DNA from: Zancudomyces culisetae HAW-14-8
Lineage: Eukaryota > Fungi > Kickxellomycota
Length of the DNA stretch: 64,000 nucleotides
NCBI GenBank assembly: GCA_052426225.1
Contig: JBNJNM010000011.1
Span: 4,836,001-4,900,000, forward strand
Direction of reading: 5' to 3'
The position numbers and the translations under genes are program-made. Numbering within the stretch: the stretch's first letter is position 1; each line of letters begins with the position of its first letter. The notes beneath the pieces were generated by a model that had not been told where the DNA came from, did not search any database, and saw only the letters and a list, made by a program, of their open reading frames with translations. Positions 34,203-48,700 of this stretch are shown here, in pieces.

Positions 34203-37200
34203 GGTTTCTGACGACTTTATTGAAAATTTTGTTCTTTGGCGACCAATCTCAGAGGTTTTCACAACATTAAAAAAAATTTTGGGTTCACACCATCACCATC
34301 TACACAGGTCAGAATTATATAAAAATCAGTTTATTTTGATACTGAGATGAACTGTCATAACTTAACGCTGTTGGCCAAAAACAAAAATAAACAAAGTGAA
34401 ATAAAGGATTTAACTTCAACAGAATTCTACATATTTCAGTCTAACAAAAAAGAATAGCACTGTTCTAGAACTATGGAATTATAATGTATGAGGATTATTA
34501 CGCATCTTTTGAAACATATTCCGACTCTGGTTGTGTAAAATCAAACAGGCCAAAGTAACATTAAAAATTCATAAAAAATATGATGCACCTTAGTTGAGTA
34601 ATTTTTGTTATTGCTAGCACTCAATCAAAAATGCTTTAGGTCAAGATACTAAATGGATTAGCCAATACATCACAATAAATTAAACACTGTTTATATAGTC
34701 GATATTTAAATACAGTCATGAGCTGGGTCCTGTTACAGCGAGGCTTAAACTACTTAATAGAGCATACACCAGCATAAAAAGTAAAGTATGGTTAATTTAG
34801 ATGCGACCACTATTCGACTTTCAAGACTTATAGTAACAGTTGCGCTATAAACATGAGATAAAGTCAAATATTCGTTGTAAACTTTAATTTAATTTTACTC
34901 TTGTGAAATAACCACAATAAAAAAATATTTTAATATGCACAAATGTGGGAATGTTGAATCGTTAGCCCGCTATTATGAAGCTCAGCTTTGTTTTAAACGG
35001 CAGTAGATGTACCTACATGACAAAATAAATTACAAGCGGCTGAATCATCATCTTTGCATCATCTCCTGGTGGATATATGGAGTGCCATAGACACAAGAGA
35101 GGGATTGGTCGGGTAAACGTTATTTTGAATTTTTTTTGAGCACTACGTGGTGGATGTTTGATAACTTCATTATATAAAAAAAGGGTGATGGAGTGTCACT
35201 TCTAAAATTCTAGTGCTAGAATTATTGTGCTTAATGTTACAAAAAACGTGTGTTCAGTGTTTTTTATTTCCAACTAACACTATACCATTATTAAAGCGCA
35301 CGGTAGAAAATAATTCCGTAAACGGATGGTGGTAGTGGTGATAGAGTGCTTTTTATAAATATATAAGATTATGGTTGACGAGTTTTTTTTGACGTCAGTT
35401 TCTAATGACAGTAAATGATCAAATAAACATGAATTGGAATGGTGTCTGACATACTTTCCAACACATTAGAAAATACAGTTAAATATTCAACAATTCAATG
35501 TCTAGCTAAGCTGACCTGGATTTAATAAACGGGGGTCGATGTAAGATTACATTTTTACACCTACTGATAAAAAAAAATACAAGTCAAATCCAAACTGACC
35601 ACAACATGAAATAATAACGTGACTATAAGGGTACTTCCATAAAATATACTAGATAGAAAAGAGGTCTCAACTCGGGACAAATATAATGTTAAAAAATACA
35701 TGGCATAAATTAGTGACAAAAGGTTACTGTGTTGTTACTTTCACGTAAATGGGGGTTAGATATCCCGATTCCAAGATATAGGTCGCATACATATTATCGT
35801 TTTTCTTAAAAGGAGCTAAACTTTTTTAAGACAAGAATACAGGTAGTAAACTAGAATTAGAATCACGATTTTGATTACATACAAAAAGGGATTTGGGCTT
35901 AGATGTTGTGTTTCAAGTACAGATGCAAAAATCAAACGTACAAGGAGGGACAATCACATCAACTCGGGGTTCGCGAATGAGCTATATAACATATCTTGGT
36001 TCACTATGCGATAGTAAAGAAGGAAGGGAAAGAAAAAGGGAAAGATGAGAAACGGAATGATTAACATCCATTAGCCTATGGGATAAGATCGAGATAGTTT
36101 ATAGTGTGTTTGAGGATATATGAGGATTAAGGGTCTTTTCTTAAAAAAATAGTAAAGGGGCAGTTACATCTAGGCACTCTTGTAAGGGTGAAGGCTAGCA
36201 AAGCTGACTTGAATAAACTGATACCAACCCGTAAAAATAGGCCGCGGTTTGTATTTTTTTTTAGTTCGATTTTTGACATGATATCATTGTATTCCTTTTA
36301 TTCAAATAAAAAATTTGTGAAGATGTAACGATTCCTAAATATACCTACAAGTTAATTGCGCTGATATTCGCTTTGGATAATTGAGCACATCAAAAAAGGT
36401 AAAATGAAAAAAAATGGCGCAAATTACAAATAATTCTCGCATATAAGTAAGCTCAATGATGTGGTGGTTGAGTGTGATTTTTAATACGGATATATTTGAA
36501 TTAGTAAAAAAAGTCTGAAAAGCAAAATCTTCGATAGTTTGTTTGGCCAAAATTTGGCCATAATAAGATCGCAATTAGAACAAAACAGGTGGGGATTCAG
36601 ATGTAGTGAATTAATCACCTTATTAAATTTAGACGGTTATTAATTAAATGTGTAATACTGAGGCACATAGTTTGAGAAAAAAAATAGATTCTATTTCGAA
36701 CAATTTCATCAATTAATTTTTTTTCCTTTTTATTATTTGTATGGCAAAGGCGAAGCTGGAGCATCTAATAGGGCTAAACGTGAAAAGATCAGCTTTAACA
36801 TAGAAAAAAGGTCGATAAAAAAAAGAAACCAATAAACAAAATCGTTACAAAAAAAAAGCAGCTCCAAAAAAAAAGAAATAAAAGTAGGGAATATGAGAAA
36901 TGCAGGCTTTTTTAGCAGACCGCCAGGATGGGATGTAGATGCGAATGAACACATTACCTGTTCCAATTTAAATTCCAACAAATTTTCTTTATTTTTTTTT
37001 ATGTGCAGTGGTTAGAAGGCGGATATTGTAAAAACAATGTATTAAAAAAAAAGGCTTGACAACACAAACTGACTAGGTTCACTTTGAATGGTTATTACCA
37101 AAATGATATAAAAAGTTGGTGAGAAGACAAGATGCAACCCTTTTACAAAAAAAAACAACAAAGTAAATATCGCTTTTCAGCAAGTATTTTTGCATACTAC

Positions 37201-37666
37201 TGTTAGTTATTGTTAGCCGATATATTTAGTAGATAACGTTATCACTGTCACACATAAAGTGTTACTTGTAAATATTCTTTCATAATCGATTAGCCGTGAA
37301 AAGCATTGAGTAAATTGGATTTACACCATTTTAACGTGTTAGTGAAGGATTACGAACAATATATAATATTAAAGAGTTTTTTAGGGCATCGCTTGATAAA
37401 CGTATCTCTAGAAAAGCGTTTTGTGAATAATACAGCTTAAAAAGAATAATAAAAAGTAAGACCGACGTCTTCAAGATAAAAAGTAAAACCTAGCCACCAC
37501 GAATTTGAATAAAGGAATAAGATTGCGTATAAGCATTGAGCCTAGAGACAAGCATTAACGATAATCCAACAAGGAAAATTAAGATATAGTCACCATCGAA
37601 GTTTAGCCACGGAAAAAAAGCATCTGAGAATTTAAAGACCGCAAGGAAAAGACTGTACGTATATAA

Positions 37667-39151
<1,485 letters not shown>

Positions 39152-40710
39152 CCTTTTTCTATTGTATCTATTATTGTAATTCACACATTCTATGCTTATA
39201 ACTTTTGTCATTTACTAAAATTATTATTTTGCATCACCCAATATTTGTGACAAATAAATGAAGAAAATTAAAAACAAGTTTTTGGATATTTTCTTTGTCT
39301 TGTGGGTTTCTTTTTTTTTTCGAGACCCGTTTTTCTTTTTCCTCGCCTGGTCTAATCCACTGAAATTTGCACCCGAAGACTATCTGCCATAAAATTTCCC
39401 TTACTCCTGCATACGTCGTTATTCATTCGCTTTGCATTTTTGACTATGCCTTGGAAATTTCAAAGCCATTCAGGATTCCTCAAATGAACTCACTTTACAT
39501 TCTACACATTTACCAGAAAGGAGAAATAAAAACATACACTGTTCATCAAAGCCGTTAAAGCTAGGTTAGTAAATTTGACTTTTATAAATGTACGTGGTAA
39601 ATAGTAAGTGTCAATCTGGATACGAAGTCTTATCTACGCTGATTTTCCGCCTACATGTTTCATTCCATACGCTTCAGATGCATTTTAACTGCAGCATATC
39701 AACGTTATTTGGCTCTACTACATTCCATCTCTTTCACTACACGTCCTTTTATTATCCGTAGGGACACATTTTATCAGGATGATGTGACATAAACAATGTG
39801 TGGGTTGTATTTGTCTATATATGATAATCTAGTGGAGGTAATAGTGCCGGATGTAGCAAGAGAAATAGATAGTATGATATAAACCTTTGATTTTTTGTCA
39901 TTTTTTTCTAGGCTCTTGCATAGACAAACAAAACATGTTCACAATAAACAACATATTTCCAAAAATAAAACATAAAAGTTTTATTTCGGATTAGACTATA
40001 CTTTTTTATACTTTATACTGAACAGACCTCTCCCACCAATATACCGTATTTGGCCACGACATCATTACTGTTCTAGTTAGAGTTTCCCAGATAAAATAAA
40101 AAACACATTCTCCTATTTGAAGCTATTGAAGGAGTAGTGTTTCTCATTGTATAGATCTTTTGTTTTCGGTAGGTGACGTACAAAAATACTTTTTCGCCTA
40201 AAACTACACTGTTCAAAAAAATAGTTCGAGTTTGAACAAACTTTGTTTATATATTTGGGTAAAAAAATATAGACTTTGCGATGTTACCTTAAAAGGTTGC
40301 GTGATCCCTTTACTCACAATTACAATGCGAAAAAAAAACAAACAATTTTAAGTTATATCGATTCACTGTAACTTTTCAACAGAAAAAAAACTGATCTGTG
40401 TAGCTAAAAAAAGGTAGCTATCTATTGCTAGCAGCTCATATATTCTGTATTTCTGGGCCTATTTGCAATTAATGGTACGTTGTTAATACTACATTACTTG
40501 GGCTTTATTGCTCAAAAACAATATGATCCATTGCTTAATTCATAATATTGGCGTACTATTACCCAAGAATAGGATTGTATACATACACATTTAATCCTGT
40601 CTAGTTTTAGAGATATAATACCCTCCATTATTCCTGATTAAAAAAATAAATACATATGCGCTTTAATCTTTTTATAAAACGAAAAGCCATTCAAAAAAAA
40701 GTATACATAA

Positions 40711-41976
40711 ATGAGGTACCACGTATTATTCAGATACCTTATCTCCGTCACAATTATTTTAAATACTACAAATGGGCGAGCTCTAGATGGAGTCGTTAGT
40801 GGAAATATAGATGCGAGTATACATGTAACCCAGAAAAAGAGAAACCTTGATACTAATAAACCCGACACATATTTATACTTGAAGGATGCACAAAAAAACC
40901 AACCCCGGAAAGAGAGGTTGAACACGCGAGCCTCGGAATTGGGCATGTTTTTTTCTTGTGGAAAAAAGTTTGGGTATGGTGTATTTTTTAATGAACAAAT
41001 GTGTTCAAATTGCTACTGTGGAAAGCATGGTGTTGAATGTCCACTAGGAAACAGATGTAGCATGGGATCAGCAAATATAGCTAAAATAGATGGCAGTTCC
41101 TCGGATCCCACGTTTTGGGTAAAATATAACGCATGTGCTGCCGAAAATGGCATAGCCCCATTTGTTTCCACAGATACAAAGACAAGGTGTTACTGTACTA
41201 CTGAGGGAAAAGTGTGCTTTCCTTTGGAGACCAAAGATCCAGGAGATGTAGCTAATCTATCGTTTGGTGAGTGTGTTAAAGATCATGGAACAGACTTTTT
41301 TACTAAGGACGATGATTGCTCGATATGCATCTGTACAACTAATGGCCAAAAATGCTACACTAAACTTTGCAAAAGCAAGGGACGTGTCGTTGATGAGAAA
41401 GAGGAGGACACGAGTTCAAAACCACAAAAGACAGACAATGTACATGGGTTATCAGAGCTAGGAATGGGTTTCTGTGTGGTGACCAGTACAGAAATTGTTA
41501 CATCTACGAGCATTCGATTTGTAGGGATGAGTTTGCCAGTAGTGAACACGGTGTTTTCAACCGTATTAGTTACAAAGACAAATACCGACTCTTTGCAGAC
41601 AATTGACCCAGAGGAAGAAAAAGAGGAGGATATGGAGGAAATAATAGAACAAGAAGTCGAGACAGAAACCAAAGCGGAGATAACAACAACTCATGCCCTT
41701 TTTTCTACTATTGACTTGAACGATATCCGCAGAAAAAATGCAGAATGGTCGCCAATAGACCGCCTGCAATCACGTTTGGAATCCTCCACAGAACTCCTGC
41801 CTAGCGCTACGGCTGATTCGGGACCCAAGAAAGCACCAAGCGTGGATAAATCTAAAGAGTCAGCTCTACATCCTCGTTTAAAACGAAATCTACCTATTTC
41901 CAGTTCATCCATTGGACGGCGTTCTAGTTTTCTGACTAAAGCACTGCCCATCCTGCTCGTAAGCTTATTTTTCTAG
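40711..41976 (+). CDS. Secreted, probably GPI-anchored protein with three pacifastin-like Cys modules
   Basis: Signal peptide; three C-x-C-x3-G-x2-C modules; T/E/S-rich stalk; hydrophobic C-terminus after an SSS segment. Confidence 0.75.
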   Translation: MRYHVLFRYLISVTIILNTTNGRALDGVVSGNIDASIHVTQKKRNLDTNKPDTYLYLKDAQKNQPRKERLNTRASELGMFFSCGKKFGYGVFFNEQMCSNCYCGKHGVECPLGNRCSMGSANIAKIDGSSSDPTFWVKYNACAAENGIAPFVSTDTKTRCYCTTEGKVCFPLETKDPGDVANLSFGECVKDHGTDFFTKDDDCSICICTTNGQKCYTKLCKSKGRVVDEKEEDTSSKPQKTDNVHGLSELGMGFCVVTSTEIVTSTSIRFVGMSLPVVNTVFSTVLVTKTNTDSLQTIDPEEEKEEDMEEIIEQEVETETKAEITTTHALFSTIDLNDIRRKNAEWSPIDRLQSRLESSTELLPSATADSGPKKAPSVDKSKESALHPRLKRNLPISSSSIGRRSSFLTKALPILLVSLFF

Positions 41977-44900
41977 CCAAACCAGCATTTATCAAGTATT
42001 TACAGATAATATCCGCCATCTTGACTGCGACTTTTTTCCGTGTTAGTTTGCACTTTTTATTATGTTGGCTTTTACTAATATGTTATGTTATATGCAAGCT
42101 CCTTTTGGTTGCAATTATATTATAAATGTAGTGCAAATAAATTTATATTCTACAAAAGCAGGGCATAAACCCTTTACTAAAATTTGCCAACTGATATGCT
42201 AGCATATTCAAATACTACAGGTGGTAAATACCCTTCCTTGGTGTTTTATCATACTTACAGCCTGCATTTGGAAGTTTACATCTCCCAGAAAAGTAATACC
42301 CAATGAAAAAAAAAGATGCGAAGGTGAGAATTTTCAGCAAAATCTAACCTTTGCTTAGCTAAAATGTTTCTGAATATTTATGTATTTTTACCATATTTAT
42401 ATTACTTCAGATAAAAACGAGAGATTCACTATTCAAAAAATTAGGCGTTTAGACTGTTGAAAGATTCCTCTTGTACTCTGAAAAGATCGATTAACTAAAG
42501 GTTATTTAATGATGTTACCGGATTTTAAATCAATATTCTCTTCATTCAGAACCCCAGAGGACGACCAAACTATTAAGGATGAGGCACACCGAAAATTTAT
42601 ACTTTTTTCAGTAGCTTCTGTTCTTTTGATTAGCATTTCTAGGTTTAATAATATAAAATAGAAAGGCAACAAAAAGTACGAAAAAATGCTGTGTGCAAGG
42701 AAGAGATCTATGGCGGTGTTACTTGTTTATGTTTCCAGCGAGTTTTACGAATTCTTGAATATACAACGTAAAAACGAAGAGCAAACCAATAGCCCGCTTC
42801 ATTCTTCATGTTCCGTGCTGTATTTTGGAGTAAAATTCCACTAGAAAGGACGAATCCGTACTGTCTAAGCTCAAAATGATGAAAGGACAACACTCCCCAG
42901 CCCTAAAACATTCAATCAGACTTTTTTAAGAAAAAAAACTCCAGCTCTTTAAGGAAAGTCGTAACACGGCTCTGCCTTTTTACGACTCTTATGGCTTGCG
43001 ACTAGAGTCTCAACTTAAGAGAATAACTACCAAATAACAGCCCAAAAATGGCTTTTACTATCCTACATATAGATATATCTTTAAAAACCCGATTTCTCTT
43101 CTTTTTATGATAGTTTCATTTTATTTCAATGTTACAGGGGTTATGTAAATACAAGTTTGTGGTATTCAGACTCAAGCACAAAATAAATATGACTAGCCAG
43201 TGTCTTTGCGATCTCCGCTTGAATTTTGCAAGTACCAATATCTGGAAACGCCCTTAAGCTGTGGCAGATGTGAGAAATTGAACCCATTATCTGGTTTTGG
43301 CATCAGCTGAATAGTATTATAGTCAGCAAAGAAATATTGTTCCAAGTGATTTTGAAGGGACTAAAAATGTGCACCGAATCCAGTGAAGTCAGATACTACT
43401 ACCTAAAGGTGGAGCTGAGTAAACCTCATATCTAGATGGGTTCCTTACTTTCCTGTATTAGAACAACTCGAATTTGCAGCTTGTCTTTTCATATTCTGGT
43501 TCAAACATCCAGAGAAACAAGCGATTATTTTTCAGAAAAAGGGAGTATATATGTGTGGTGTAGTGAAAAACACCAAGCCTGTCTGCCTCATCTTTACCCC
43601 CCCCCCCCCTTTTTTTTTGATTTGCTCCCCCGCCACTTCCATCGCTTTTTAAATGAGTAAAAAATGTGCAAAGAAAAGCAAGAAACTTGGGGGTGGATTT
43701 ATTCGATTTCATATTCTAGACTTAGTTAGCTCCGCACTTCTTTTTCAACACTCAAGCCGCCAATGATGGTCAACGAATCCCATCAAAATGAAAGAGACCG
43801 GGCCCACGCTATTAGCCAACCACATGCTTATTTTCACATATATATAGTTTTCTGTATATCATTTGTTTTTAGTATTAATTTCTAGTAAATCCATCAAAAC
43901 ATAAAATAGCAATATCAATAAATGAAAATCGTCATGTTCATATCAACAATTATTAAAGTGTTTACATTTCCTTTTTTCATTTGTAAAGATGGTTCTAGAA
44001 CTTCGAATGTAAATCAGCTAACACAAATTATAGAAGTGGTAGTATCTTTATAAGGATAGAGATGTGGTAAATATGACGATGGTTATGGATAAATGAGCAT
44101 TGTGAAGGGAGCATCAACATTGATTCTGGGAGGTCTTTATAGAACCGTTCTACTTTTTACTCCTTTTCAGAGGTCCACATTTTTACTTTTCGATTTTTCA
44201 GATCCCAACCTTTATCTACGTGTGTGGAAACATCAGTAGTTGCTCTAACTTTTATGTTCCTCTGCTTTGCTACCCCCACCTGTTTCAATTAGTCATTTTT
44301 CATCACACCATCCTTCCCCCGCCCACCCTTCCCCTTCCCTCCCATAAAATTAATGTACGACTATCATCTTTTTCCAAAAAAACATATAAAGTCAAAAATA
44401 CCGAATATTTGCAATTTTGAACAATTAATCTCGCTCGCAACTCTGTAACACTATTTGAAGCACACTACGCTTAAGGCAATCCTTGTAAGCCTATTAAAAA
44501 TTCACTACTAAATTTTGCTAAATGAGTCTGTGTTAATTTAACTACTTTGGATTCAATATATTAGCTAATGCAAATTGTTACTCAATTAGACAATCAGGTG
44601 GTATACAGTCTCTAAATCTCATCAACCTACTTTCCGAAAAAGAGAATGAGATGCTTTCAGAGAAAAGCTGAACCAGCCACAGGTATTTGGTATAAACAGC
44701 ATCAAACAAAAAGAAAAAAGAATTAATTCTTCAAAAAACTGGGTACTTGCGGCTACGCAGATGGTTTCCATAGAGTATATTCGTTTTAGCCATATTGGTT
44801 ATTTGAGCTTTTCGTACAAAGCTTCACCTTTGCATTCGCGGATTAGGCTTTATCCCTTGATATAAAAAATATTAACTTTTCTAGTCAGTTTAGCTCGACT

Positions 44901-45724
44901 ATCCTGTCATCATTTTCACTAGAATTAAACGGCTAGCTTACGAGTGAGTGAGTGAATAGGTAGATGGATTGATTGAATGAAGACCACAGTTTTCTACTAC
45001 TGGCCACCAAGAATCAAGTTATGTTAAACTGACAGAGTGATTGAAAAAAAAAAGATAATGTAACTATTAGGTTCGGATTTAGGCATCGTAGAAGTATACA
45101 GTATTATGTGTTGCGGCAGTAGGCGCAAGTTTAGAGTCTATTATTTTTTAATGTCGACAAGAAAGGGTTCCAGAGCATAGGTGATTTTGACCATAGGAGG
45201 CCAAAGTCCTATAGTATCTGTGCTATTACAATATGCTTTTTGACAGAATTAATATTCAGTGGTGTGTTTTGTGCACCAGCATCTTCCGTTTTCGATTTAT
45301 GATGTTAGATTGCACATTGCTGATATAGACACCCCATGGTTATGCAGTAGAAAAATGCGATTGAAAAAAAAAGTAAGCGGCACTCTAAAAAAGAAAAAGT
45401 GATGAATGGCTTTAGACTTTTGCATACTACATACAACAGCCATATTTACCGCTTTGCGAGATGTAGTCTATTGATGGTGGCAGCAAGTTCCATAATTTGT
45501 TTATTCTGGGGAACCTTGGATGTTGATGTTTTTATTAGTGTGAACCTTAGTGTTTATATTGATTTTTTTTTACACCTTAACAACTGTTTGTTATTTGGAG
45601 TTTGCAATTTGCAATTTGCAAATAAAAAAAGTGGAAATTAATTGGCAAGTAATGTGTATAAAAAATAAATTGGTTTGATCTTTTTATATGGCAGAATACC
45701 ACACAAGAAAAAATAGGTATAAGC

Positions 45725-48700
45725 ATGAATGTCGAAGAAAAAGAGGAGGGGTTTAAAGAGAAGGATGAGTATTTTGAGCTGACAAGCGAGCTGTTGACAA
45801 CATTAAAGACCAATGAGAAGCAGAATGATGGTGAAAATGCCGGAGGTATTAAAGCCGACGCGAGAATGAAAAAAGTTGTCGAAAAGATAAGCAACATTGT
45901 ATCAAGGTACCAGGAAAATCCAACGGTCCTGGATAAATACATAGAGAAGATGACAATTGAGCTGATCAAGAGTGTGGATATTGTGAATTATCGCCGCTTT
46001 GGCAAGCACAATGATACTATATTTACAATTTTAGCATGTTTGGGAAATGTCAGGGGAATGAAAACTATAGTTAAATTTTTTGGGAGCGAGGTAGATAAAA
46101 TAGAAAAATTGATAAAATACACCAGCTACTTGGTTAAAAAAGGGGGTGAGCAGGGTTGTTGGGAAAGTAGGTATGTCTGCTTGAGTTGGCTCGGGCTTTT
46201 GGTTTTGATCCCGTTTGATTTCAGAATAATTGATAGCAGTAAGTACAACAACCAGAATATAAACAAAAGTGGAAACGAAGAAAAAGAAAATCCAAAGGAA
46301 GAAAACGATGGGGTGGGGGAATTCGAGATGAAAGAAATAGAAAATAAGCTCAAAGTAAAGTTTGATTGGATGAACAGCAGAGATTTGATAGGAGAAATGT
46401 TAATAATTGCAATGTATACAAGCTTGACAAAGCATGGGAAAGAAGCGGAAGCTGCAAATGTTATGCTTGGTAGAATGCTTACTCGGAAGGAATGCAAAGA
46501 CTACTACAACGATATCGCAAGAGCAATAACAAAAAGGCAATTTGAACGAGAAACAAAGAGCGGTGGGGTCGGAATTGGGATATTGAAAGAAATAAGTAAA
46601 GTTGCAAATCGAGATCAGATAGAGGTGTTTAGAGAAATAGTAAACATATTGGTTGAGCAGGATTCGGATAGGAAAGTCGAGGAAATAAAATTACTAGGAA
46701 GAATAGGGTTGGTGTTAGGGGGGGAAGTAGAAGGCCGTGGTGACGAAGAGTGTATGGGTAAAATCATGGACTATTTACTATGTGGAATACGAGACAAGAA
46801 TACAAAAATCAGGTGGGGGTCAGTGAAATATGTCAGTAGAATAGCAAAGAATATTAATGTCGCAGAAACAACGGCAGCGATAATCGACGAAGTGATAGAC
46901 GAGTTGGAGGAGGATCTGATTGTTGATGGTAAAGACTACAGCCTGGTCAACGAGCATAGCTGGCATGGAGGGATTTTATTGTTGGCAGAATTAGCCAGGC
47001 TGCGTTTGGTACAGGGATCATTAATAGACAAAATTGTCGGTGTTGCCAAAAAAGCGTTGCGATACGAAGTAGTGAGAGGAAATAACTATGCGGTGGGTGC
47101 AAACATAAGAGACGCAAGCTGCTATCTGGCATGGACAATCGCACGAACAAGTAGTCTTGGTGGTGAGGAATTGGCTGGTGAACTCCTTTTACGAGCCGTG
47201 TTTGACAGAGAGGTGCATGTTAGACGAGCGGCTTCTGCGGCATTTCAAGAATTAGTAGGGAGAAACCGGCAGGTAAAAGATAAAGGAGGGCTGGATTTGC
47301 TCCTAGTGATTGACTACTATTCTATAGGAAACGCCCGAAGTATAAAAGATATGGTTTCCAAGATTATCAAAATTGGTGTCCCGTCTTATAAAAAGCTGAT
47401 TGAGGAATACATATTTGAGGTTGGTATTTACCATTGGGATATTAAGTGTCGAATCGATACGCTAGATTCCATCGAGGTTCTCATTGATTTGCTCTTCAAC
47501 AATAGCCTTGACTTATTGCACGCAAAATACTACACTGCGATTGTTCAGAATATTAACAGTCCTCAGCTAAGAATTCGCCATGGCTGCATTCTGACGCTCA
47601 AATACTTCAATATAGATGTCATTAATCTCATTCCAGGTCTGATTTCAAAAAGATATTTGGATGGCTTTGGTGCCGAGGATACGTTAATGGCTATTTACGA
47701 GCTGTCATCAACCGTAGGCAAATTCAATGCAGCTGATTCACATGAGTACGATGCCTCCACTTGTGCTTGGTGGCTAAATCTGTACTTTTCCCAGTCAAAA
47801 GTTGTTACTGATTTACCAAATAAAATCAAAATTGCCGCATATTTTACAGAATTTATAGCTGCTCTATACAATAAAAATAGGAACAACAAGGGCGAAAATG
47901 ATGAAAAGCATACTGATGAGGACTTTACCGCCAAGCTATCTGGCCTTTACAACCGGATTGTCGAGACTCAAAACATTCTTTTTATGCAATGCTTTATAAA
48001 ATTCGCGGAAAATACCGATTTACTAAAAAGTGCTATAAACTTCTTACTGGACATAACCACAAACTATAAATCTCCTATAGAGCACCAAAACCAAGCCTTA
48101 ATCGCTCTTAACTATGTCATAGATCGATTTTCTCTTACTCCTCAGCTAGCCGCCCAACTGAATATTTCTGGCATTCAGAAGGTGTTGGTAAAATACGGAC
48201 TGTTTAATTACAAGGTGGACCACCGAGGTGATGTAGGCTCTTGGGTTCGTCTGCAGTCGCTCTCTTGCATATACTCCCTATTACCTTTTATTAACGCATC
48301 TGAGAATTTATTCAATAGCGACTATGAGGCTCTACTTTCAACGGTTCTGGGTCAATTGCTTTCTACCATTCCTAAAATCAGACAACAATCTTTTATTTTG
48401 CTCTCCAAGCTTTCTGAACTTTGTCCCCCATCCTCCTTCTACTCCACAACTATTTTTAATAACTTGACAGCCCTTGACGATTTTGGTGCCTACTCGAGGA
48501 TTCTTTCTATTCCACCACCACGATCCTATACGTTTTTTTTCGCCAACTTTGTCTATCTCGCTTCTCCATCCTCGCCATCATCCCAATCCACAAAGACTCT
48601 TGCCTTTGATGCGCTAGTGGATTACTATTCTTCAAATCCACTGATGTACATACCTCATTTATCTCGCCTCTTGTCTCTAACTATCTCCTCAGCCACTACA

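Noticed and set aside
39993-40004. U3 snoRNA-like 5' start AGACTATACTTT
   Set aside because: Box A (GGATCA) and the downstream boxes are absent
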